DNA of 64,000 bases, taken from contig CP181291.1 in the NCBI GenBank assembly GCA_052279835.1, positions 4,832,001-4,896,000 of the forward strand, given 5' to 3'. Below, piece after piece: positions 57,036 to 64,000 of this stretch. The number at the start of each line of letters is the position of its first letter. The first letter of the stretch is position 1. The notes below the pieces were generated by a model. The model was not told where the DNA came from and made no database searches. It saw only the letters and a list, made by a program, of their open reading frames with translations. This stretch comes from Microcoleus sp. (lineage in GTDB: Bacteria; Cyanobacteriota; Cyanobacteriia; Cyanobacteriales; Microcoleaceae). The translations under genes and the position numbers were made by a program.

Positions 57036-57701
57036 TCAGCTCTGGTAAAGCTGATGGTTAACAATATAAGTCCTTACGGCCTCTGGGACTAAATGCCCGA
57101 TCGCTCGACCTTGACTACAGTAACGACGGATGGCAGTGGAAGAAACTTCGATCGCGGGCATAGCCAAAACCTGCCACCGCATCTGCACTCCCCTCAGACT
57201 CATCTTTTTGGCAACCACAGAACAAACAGTATTCGTCTCCAGCATCTGGTCCTCGGCAGCATCCATCGACACTTCCCTCTGCAACTCCTCCCATCCCCCT
57301 GTCCGGCGTCCGGCTACCAACCACTGACACAAACCCCCAATTTCCGCACACCGGGGCCATTTGGGTAAAGTTTGGAAAGCATCAGCACCAATAATCCAGT
57401 AGAGCTGAGCCTCTGGATACAAATTTTGCAAATACAGTAAAGAGTCGATCGCACCCGCCGCAGAGGGATTGGTATCTAGGGGTAAAAGTCCAAAATCCGG
57501 TCGCTGTGCAATCGCCAGAGCTACCATTTCCCGTCTTTGTTCAAAAGTTGCCAAAACACTGTGCAGCTTGTGGACAGGAGTGCGATCGACCGACCAGAAT
57601 ACGCGATCGAGACCCAATTGAGAGACGGCTCTGTTAGCCATCCACAAATGCCCCCAATGCACCGGATCGAAAGTCCCCCCCAAAATCGCTACTTTTTCCA
57701 T
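57036..57701 (-). CDS. nadD: Nicotinate-nucleotide adenylyltransferase
   Basis: AILGGTFDPVHWGH, WIIGADAF, VSSTAIR, LVPEAVRTYI..HQLY. Confidence 0.92.
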   Translation of the reverse strand: MEKVAILGGTFDPVHWGHLWMANRAVSQLGLDRVFWSVDRTPVHKLHSVLATFEQRREMVALAIAQRPDFGLLPLDTNPSAAGAIDSLLYLQNLYPEAQLYWIIGADAFQTLPKWPRCAEIGGLCQWLVAGRRTGGWEELQREVSMDAAEDQMLETNTVCSVVAKKMSLRGVQMRWQVLAMPAIEVSSTAIRRYCSQGRAIGHLVPEAVRTYIVNHQLYQS

Positions 57702-58086
57702 ACAAAGTGGTAGTCTTGGTAAATCTTTGTGGGTTTCACCCCACATCGGGCGTAAAAATATCGCGGGGCCATTGCTGCGGTATCCCAGCACAGCAAGAGG
57801 ATGGGAAAAAATTATACAGGAATATGCGATCGCCCAAAATCCGTCAGTTGCCCCAGACCCCCAAAGCTCATCCTTGCTAAATTGCAAGTTAAGAGATATG
57901 ACTGTTCCGGAAATCTACTCGGTACCAAGTCATATAGGATACAAGAAAAGTATCTCTACCAATCCCAAAATCGAGGGACTAGCAGAGAATTTTGTACAAA
58001 AATATATAGCGAAATGTATCCTGAAAAAACAATTCTTGATATCATATCGCGTGTGATTGGCGTGGTGTGGTGCGTGAGGAGCGAAA

Positions 58087-59643
58087 ATGCCGAGTTCAGT
58101 TGATTTCAGTGGTAAACCATTTCATTTCATCGGCATTGGTGGAATCGGAATGTCAGCCCTTGCCTATATTCTAGCGAAACGTAACTTGCCTGTGTACGGT
58201 TCGGATATTAAATCGAGCCACATAACTGAGCGCTTGCAAGGAATGGGAGCTCATATTTTTTGGGGTCAAGACGCTAGCAATTTTGAACTATTTCAAAAAC
58301 CGACACTTGACCATAGTCCCGCAGGTCAGCCTCCAGACAAACCCGTATCCTCCGTAGGGGAAAGTTGGCTAGGGGCTTCTGTGGCGACAGCCGAAGCTCT
58401 CCCATCCCATGGGAGTGACCAAAGAGCTAGGTCGGTACTGGGACTGCCCCAAGTAGTATGTTCGACGGCAATTCACCAGGGAAATGCCGAATATAGAGCT
58501 GCTTTAGATTTGGGCTGTCCGATTTTTCATCGATCGGATGTTTTGGCAGCCTTGATTCAAGATTACCAAAGCGTTGCCGTAGCAGGTACTCACGGTAAAA
58601 CTACCACTAGCAGCTTAATCGGTTTCATGCTGATGACCGCCGGTCTAGACCCAACCATAGTCGTAGGAGGCGAGGTAAATGCTTGGGAAGGGAATGCTCG
58701 GTTGGGGGATGGCCCCTACTTAGTGGCGGAGGCTGATGAATCCGATGGTTCCCTTGTCAAGTTGGTAGCCAAAATTGGCGTGGTGACAAATGTGGAACTG
58801 GATCATCCAGACCATTACGATACCCTCGACCAGGTAATAGACACATTTAAGGTGTTTTCCCAAAACTGCCAAACTTTGGTGGGCTGCATTGATGACCAAA
58901 TTGTCAAAGACTGCCTCCAACCAAATATTACCTACAGCTTGCAGCCAGATAGCGGTGCTGACTACACGGCCGATGATGTCCTGTACGGTGCCGACAGTAC
59001 CAGGGCTCGGATTTGGGAACGAGGAGTTCTCCTGGGGGAAATGGAGTTGAAACTGCTAGGCAAACACAATCTCAGCAATGCCCTAGCGGCGGTAGCAGTG
59101 GGTCGATTGTTGGGGTTGGATTTTGCGGCGATCGCCTCTGCGATGGCTGGCTTTGAAGGGGCACGCCGCCGTTTTGAAGTGCGGGGTTTTCACAATGACA
59201 TCCTGTTTGTGGATGACTATGCCCACCATCCTAGCGAAATTCGTGTCACCTTGGCTGCTGCTAGGTTGCGTATAGAAGGTAGCGAAGTAAATCCTAAATC
59301 GGGAAGAGTGGTTGCCATTTTTCAACCTCACCGTTACAGCCGGACTCTGACTTTTTTGCCAGAATTTGCCCAATCTTTTACTGATGCTGATTTGGTGGTT
59401 ACTTGCGAGATTTATAGTGCTGGGGAACCCAATTTAGGACAAATTAGTGGGCAAATGGTGGCTGATTTAATTGCTAAAGAAGGGCAACAGGTGGAGTTTC
59501 AGGCTTCCTTGGAATCAGTAAGTAAGTTTTTAACCGAAAGTTTGCAACCGGGGGATTTGGCTCTATTTTTGGGTGCTGGAAATCTCAATCAGATTATTCC
59601 AGAGGTGATGGCTTTTTATCAAGCAGCCGATCGCCCGCATTAG
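58087..59643 (+). CDS. murC: UDP-N-acetylmuramate--L-alanine ligase
   Basis: HFIGIGGIGMS, AGTHGKTTTS, AEADESDGS, DDYAHHPSE, FQPHRYSRT. Confidence 0.96.
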   Translation: MPSSVDFSGKPFHFIGIGGIGMSALAYILAKRNLPVYGSDIKSSHITERLQGMGAHIFWGQDASNFELFQKPTLDHSPAGQPPDKPVSSVGESWLGASVATAEALPSHGSDQRARSVLGLPQVVCSTAIHQGNAEYRAALDLGCPIFHRSDVLAALIQDYQSVAVAGTHGKTTTSSLIGFMLMTAGLDPTIVVGGEVNAWEGNARLGDGPYLVAEADESDGSLVKLVAKIGVVTNVELDHPDHYDTLDQVIDTFKVFSQNCQTLVGCIDDQIVKDCLQPNITYSLQPDSGADYTADDVLYGADSTRARIWERGVLLGEMELKLLGKHNLSNALAAVAVGRLLGLDFAAIASAMAGFEGARRRFEVRGFHNDILFVDDYAHHPSEIRVTLAAARLRIEGSEVNPKSGRVVAIFQPHRYSRTLTFLPEFAQSFTDADLVVTCEIYSAGEPNLGQISGQMVADLIAKEGQQVEFQASLESVSKFLTESLQPGDLALFLGAGNLNQIIPEVMAFYQAADRPH

Positions 59644-59791
59644 CTAGCTCCCGTGGGATCGAAGGACTTTCATGGCGGTGCAGATAGTACCGAAACTTCT
59701 GTGTGCCTAGTGGTTCTTTTCCTACTCACAAAAATCAATAAATAGACTCTCAACCAATTCTTTGCTCGAAGGTATTTTAAGGAATTTCAAA

Positions 59792-60748
59792 ATGGTGACT
59801 ATCTCGAATGACTCCTCTGTTAAGGGCAATCGGCGAGTTTATTCTCCTATTTCTTTGGGGGGAACTGACTGCAAGATTAACTCTCAAGTGTCTTTGGCGA
59901 GCATGACTTCCTTCCGAGTCGGTGGGCCAGCAGAATGGTACGTTGCTCCCCGCTGTATAGAAGCTTTGCAAGCCAGTTTTGCCTGGGCTGACTCGGAGGG
60001 GTTGGCTGTGACTCTACTGGGTGCCGGTTCTAATCTGTTGGTGAGCGATCGGGGTTTGTCCGGTTTGGTCGTCGGTACTCGATACTTGAAACAGGTGAGT
60101 TTTAATCCCGAAACAGGTCAAGTAACTGCCGGGGCTGGGGAATCTATTCCCCGTCTCGCTTGGTTGGCTGCTAAACGGGGCTGGAAAGGTCTGGAATGGT
60201 CTGTGGGTATACCGGGGACTGTGGGAGGTGCTGTGGTGATGAATGCCGGGGCACACAGGGGCTGTACTGCGGATATTTTGGTGAATGCTCGCGTTCTCTC
60301 ACCAAGTGGTAAGGTAGAAATTCTGACTCCCCAAGAGTTGGGCTACCGTTATCGGACTTCGGTGCTGCAAGGGGGCGATCGACTCGTAACAGAAGCCACT
60401 TTTCAGTTACAGCCGGGATTCGATCGAGCGGCTGTAATGGCAGAAACTAACAATAATTTCAGCCAGCGACGGACGAGTCAACCTTACCACTTGCCTAGCT
60501 GCGGTTCTGTTTTCCGCAACCCCAGTCCGAAGGCGGCAGGCTGGTTAATTGAGCAAACTGGACTGAAGGGATATCAAATTGGCGGAGCTCAAGTAGCTCA
60601 ACGCCATGCTAATTTTATTCTTAACTGTGGGTCGGCAACGGCTAATGATATTTTTCAAGTGATCCGCCACGTTCAAGAGCAAGTCCAAGAGCGGTGGTCG
60701 CTATTGTTGGAGCCAGAAGTTAGAATACTGGGAGAGTTTCCGTTATAA
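59792..60748 (+). CDS. murB: UDP-N-acetylmuramate dehydrogenase
   Basis: FRVGGPAE, LGAGSNLL, GIPGTVGGAVVMNAGA, PSCGSVFRNP, HANFI. Confidence 0.96.
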   Translation: MVTISNDSSVKGNRRVYSPISLGGTDCKINSQVSLASMTSFRVGGPAEWYVAPRCIEALQASFAWADSEGLAVTLLGAGSNLLVSDRGLSGLVVGTRYLKQVSFNPETGQVTAGAGESIPRLAWLAAKRGWKGLEWSVGIPGTVGGAVVMNAGAHRGCTADILVNARVLSPSGKVEILTPQELGYRYRTSVLQGGDRLVTEATFQLQPGFDRAAVMAETNNNFSQRRTSQPYHLPSCGSVFRNPSPKAAGWLIEQTGLKGYQIGGAQVAQRHANFILNCGSATANDIFQVIRHVQEQVQERWSLLLEPEVRILGEFPL

Positions 60749-60968
60749 AGCGGGCATGATCTTAAATTAGGGATTACGTACGGTCGGGCAGATCGAAACT
60801 TGGGTGGAAACCCTCAACGCTTGTGGAGAGGACGATCTCTACTGATGCTGGAGAAATTCTGTGTCAGCAAGTCGCCTCAACGAATCAAGAATCTCAGTGT
60901 CTTTACACATGAGAGTGCCAACAAGTACCAACGGCACACTGTTTTTAATTTAGCATCGCTGAGTAGTT

Positions 60969-61316
60969 ATGACACAATCAGGAAAAGGATTTGGCTTCGG
61001 CCTGGGCAAAATGAAAGAACTAACTGAAGCTTTCAAGAAAGCTCAGCAGGTTCAAGAAGGAGCTAAGAAGCTTCAGGAAGAGTTGGATCAAATGGAAATT
61101 GAGGGAACTGCCGGCGGTGGCCTGGTTAAAGTTTTTCTCAGCGGGAACCAAGAACCCCGTCGGGTGGAAATCTCCCCCGATGCGCTTGGTGAAGGTGCGG
61201 ATGTGGTTTCTGAACTCGTCACGGTGGCGATGCTGGATGCCTACACTAAATCAACCATGACGATGCGGGAAAAAATGGAAGAACTGACTGGCGGACTTAA
61301 TCTCCCCGGTTTCTAA
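60969..61316 (+). CDS. ybaB: YbaB/EbfC family nucleoid-associated protein
   Basis: KKAQQVQ...LQEEL...[11 protein letters not shown]...LTGGLNLPG. Confidence 0.92.
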   Translation: MTQSGKGFGFGLGKMKELTEAFKKAQQVQEGAKKLQEELDQMEIEGTAGGGLVKVFLSGNQEPRRVEISPDALGEGADVVSELVTVAMLDAYTKSTMTMREKMEELTGGLNLPGF

Positions 61317-61362
61317 GTGATTAGTCAGTAGTCAATAGTCTTGTGACTAATGACTACTGACT

Positions 61363-61453
61363 GGGGAATGGGGAATCGGGAATGGGGAATCGGGAATCGG
61401 GAATGGGGAATCGGGAATGGGGAATCGGGAATCGGGAATCGGGAATAGGGAAT
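61363..61453. repeat. Heptamer STRR array (NGGGAAT)n
   Basis: ggggaat/cgggaat/agggaat tandem copies. Confidence 0.9.
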
Positions 61454-61466
61454 AGGACATTGGAAT

Positions 61467-61620
61467 TAACAAATAACAAATAACCAATAACAAATAACCA
61501 ATAACAAATAACAAATAACCAATAACCAATAACCAATAACCAATAACCAATAACCAATAACAAATAACCAATAACCAATAACCAATAACCAATAACCAAT
61601 AACCAATAACTAATAACTAA
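61467..61620. repeat. Heptamer STRR array (TAAC[A/C/T]AA)n running into the next start codon
   Basis: taacaaa/taaccaa/taactaa tandem copies. Confidence 0.9.
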
Positions 61621-62102
61621 TGACTAAATTATTATTTGTGTGCTTAGGAAATATCTGCCGATCGCCTTCTGCAGAAAATATTATGAATCATTTGATTGAA
61701 CAGGCGGGTTTGGGCGATCGCATTACTTGCGATTCTGCTGGAACCGCAGGCTATCACATTGGCAGTCCTCCTGACAGTAGGATGGCTGTGGCGGCGAGGA
61801 AGCGGGACATTGAATTGTTAGGTGCTGCACGCCAATTTCAAAGGAAAGATTTTGAGAATTTTGATTTAATTCTGGCAATGGATCGGGAGAATTATCGAAA
61901 TATTCTTGCTCTTGATAACACTGGAAAATATAAAGAAAAAGTGCGGTTGATGTGCGATTTTTGCCAAAAATATGACTTGAAGGAAGTCCCCGATCCTTAT
62001 TATGGTGGACCGGAGGGGTTCGATCGCGTCATCGATTTGTTGCTGGATGCTTGCGAGGGCTTGTTGGAGTATTTGAAGAAGTTAGAAGTCAGCAGTCAAT
62101 AG
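61620..62102 (+). CDS. Low molecular weight protein-tyrosine phosphatase
   Basis: FVCLGNICRSP (CX5R), DSAGT, ILAMD, VPDPYYGG. Confidence 0.95.
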   Translation: MTKLLFVCLGNICRSPSAENIMNHLIEQAGLGDRITCDSAGTAGYHIGSPPDSRMAVAARKRDIELLGAARQFQRKDFENFDLILAMDRENYRNILALDNTGKYKEKVRLMCDFCQKYDLKEVPDPYYGGPEGFDRVIDLLLDACEGLLEYLKKLEVSSQ

Positions 62103-62155
62103 TTATTAGTTATTAGTTATTAGTTATTAGTTATTAGTTATTAGTTATTAGTTAT
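62100..62155. repeat. Heptamer STRR array (TAGTTAT) x8
   Basis: Read directly; starts at the stop codon of the PTP gene. Confidence 0.9.
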
Positions 62156-62203
62156 TGCCGTCGCCAGCCAGCGAAGTCGAAGGGTTATTTGTTATTGGTG
62201 AGG

Positions 62204-62245
62204 AATTCCCAATTCCCAATTCCCAATTCCCAATTCCCAATTCCC
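62204..62245. repeat. Heptamer STRR array (AATTCCC) x6
   Basis: Read directly. Confidence 0.9.
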
Positions 62246-62247
62246 AA

Positions 62248-62958
62248 TTACCAATCCCTGATTAAATGGTGTTCCATCGCAAAACGAACCAGTTCTGCAC
62301 GATTATTGCTTTCGGTTTTTCTGAACAAGCTGCTGACGTGCTTTTCCACGGTTCGGGGACTGAGGTGGAGTTCAAGGCCTATTTGAATATTAGACAGACC
62401 TTCTGTGAGTAAATTCAGCACTTGTTGCTCTCTTTGGGTCAAATTCGGTGAATTTTGGGTAAAAGAAGGGCGATCGCCCCTTTCTGAATTTTGAGTCAAA
62501 AAATCTAATTCTCCCGTCTCCTTGACTTGGTGGCGCTGCTCTGTGGTAACAGTTTCTCTCTGGGAAGGCAACGCTTGGGCAATCAGAACGTATCTATCCA
62601 ACAAAGAGCGAATTACCACTCCCAACTCATTGAGTTCAAAAGGCTTGGCCAGATAATTGTCGCAGCCCATTTGATAGCCCCGAATTCGCTCCTGAGAACT
62701 CGTCCGTTCCGTCAAAAAAATCACCGGTAGCAAGCGGAAGGCTGGACGAGTCCGCACTCGCCGCACGAACTCGTAGCCGTCCATTTCAGGCATTGTAATG
62801 TCGGTAACAATCAAATGCGGCTGAAATTCCTCTACTAAGCCGAGAGCTTCTTTGCCGTTTTCAGCAGGGATGACCGAATAACCCAAAATTTCCAGGTAAT
62901 CGTTAATCGACAAGCGAGTCGCAAAATCATCATCAGCAACCAGGATTGTCAATGGCAT
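62248..62958 (-). CDS. NarL/LuxR family response regulator
   Basis: Receiver ILVADDD...DITMPEMDG...KPF; Lux[13 protein letters not shown]...[19 protein letters not shown]. Confidence 0.92.
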
Positions 62959-63036
62959 GGGGGAACTTAAAAATTAAACAGTGAGCATTAAAAATTAAAA
63001 ATGACTAATTTCACTTTTAATTTTTAATTTTACTGG

Positions 63037-64000
63037 TTAACTTCCTTTATAGCTTGTAGTCAAAGTAGCAGGTTGCCCAAAATTACCTTCCAAAACAACA
63101 CCTCGACCGTTGGCAGCCAAATGGCGCACAATTTGGTAAATTGTCTCAATTTGCTCTGGCTTTCCGGCTTTTTTGGCTAGTTCGGTGACAGACAGAGGAG
63201 TTTCCGACTGTTTGAGAACTTCCAGTACCTGTTTTTGCAAGTCTAATACAGCAGCGGCAGCTTTTTTGCCTGCTTCGACACCTGGTTGGTGATAGGCGTT
63301 GACATTCACCAAGGAACCGTAAAAACCTACGGCTCTTTCGTAGAGAGCAATTAATGCTCCTACTGTGCGAGGATTTACTTGAGGAATGGTGACAGTAATC
63401 GAATCTCGTTGATTTTCCGACAAAGCTTGTCGAGTTCCCTGGAACAAACCCGACAAATAATCTCCCGATGTCACCCCGGTTTCCACTTCTGGAGAAATGC
63501 CTTGCCTGTCTTGCAAAACTTCAATAAATGTGAGGAAGAAATTCGGGACACCTTCTCGCAATTGTTGGACGTAGGCGTGTTGGTCTGTTGTGCCTTTGTT
63601 GCCGTAGACTGCTATGCCTTGATAAACTGTGTTGCCGTCTAAATCTTTCTCTTTCCCTATAGATTCCATGACTAATTGCTGCAAATAGCGACTGAACAAT
63701 AGCAGGGAATCTTTGTAGGGGAGAACTACCATATCTTTTTCGCCACGTCCGTTGCAGGCAAAATACCAACTCATGGCTAAAAGGGCGGCGGGATTGTGTT
63801 TAATTTCGGTGTTTTTGGTGGCTTCGTCCATGACTTTAGCACCGTCGAGCATTGCCGAGATGTCAATGCCTTGCAAAGCTGCTGGCAAAAGTCCGACTGC
63901 GGAGAGTTCGGAAGTTCTTCCTCCTACCCAATCTGCCATGGGGAAGGTGGTAATCCAGCCTTCTGATTTGGCTAATTTGTCTAGTTGGCTGTCTACTCCG
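63037..64000 (-). CDS. pgi: Glucose-6-phosphate isomerase (5' part outside the window)
   Basis: [46 protein letters not shown]; frame open to window end. Confidence 0.93.
   Translation of the reverse strand, partial: GVDSQLDKLAKSEGWITTFPMADWVGGRTSELSAVGLLPAALQGIDISAMLDGAKVMDEATKNTEIKHNPAALLAMSWYFACNGRGEKDMVVLPYKDSLLLFSRYLQQLVMESIGKEKDLDGNTVYQGIAVYGNKGTTDQHAYVQQLREGVPNFFLTFIEVLQDRQGISPEVETGVTSGDYLSGLFQGTRQALSENQRDSITVTIPQVNPRTVGALIALYERAVGFYGSLVNVNAYHQPGVEAGKKAAAAVLDLQKQVLEVLKQSETPLSVTELAKKAGKPEQIETIYQIVRHLAANGRGVVLEGNFGQPATLTTSYKGS

Noticed and set aside
57702..57887. Long N-terminal extension of NadD in the ORF track
   Set aside because: Homology starts at MEKVAILGG (57701); the upstream part is the divergent nadD/murC promoter region
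61347..61599. ORFs with LLVIGYW and FPIPDS repeats
   Set aside because: Translation artefacts of heptamer STRR arrays
1..64000. tRNA, rRNA or riboswitch
   Set aside because: None recognised by eye; a covariance-model search would be needed to exclude small RNAs

Overview
Window from a filamentous cyanobacterium, probably Oscillatoriales (Microcoleus/Tychonema-like). This is inferred from abundant HIP1 GCGATCGC sites, heptamer STRR arrays, Uma2, and the gap2-nadD-murC-murB-ybaB block. About 54 kb (989-55082) is one large glycan biosynthesis and tailoring island. It holds three tandem GT4 paralogues, a frameshifted gmd, a CDP-sugar module with C-methyltransferases, and an NDP-heptose-type set (GmhA, frameshifted GmhB, HldE-like with reversed domain order). 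It also holds a stand-alone TPP-dependent E1 alpha/beta pair, two DegT aminotransferases, three Fe(II)/2OG oxygenases, about 11 SAM-methyltransferase domains and six large TPR proteins. Five TPR proteins fuse a related N-terminal TPR block to different catalytic domains (GT17+FkbM, two TIGR04372-like GTs, sulfotransferase, TylF); one has no catalytic domain. No flippase, ABC exporter, polymerase or initiating transferase is visible. The best candidate for an undescribed system is a TPR-addressed, soluble glycan-tailoring assembly line using orthosomycin/hygromycin-like enzyme types, plus a methyltransferase with a coiled-coil ruler. A ~30.7-kb part is bracketed by ~228-bp direct repeats. The last ~8 kb is housekeeping. 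All calls come from motif recognition by eye; no database searches were run.
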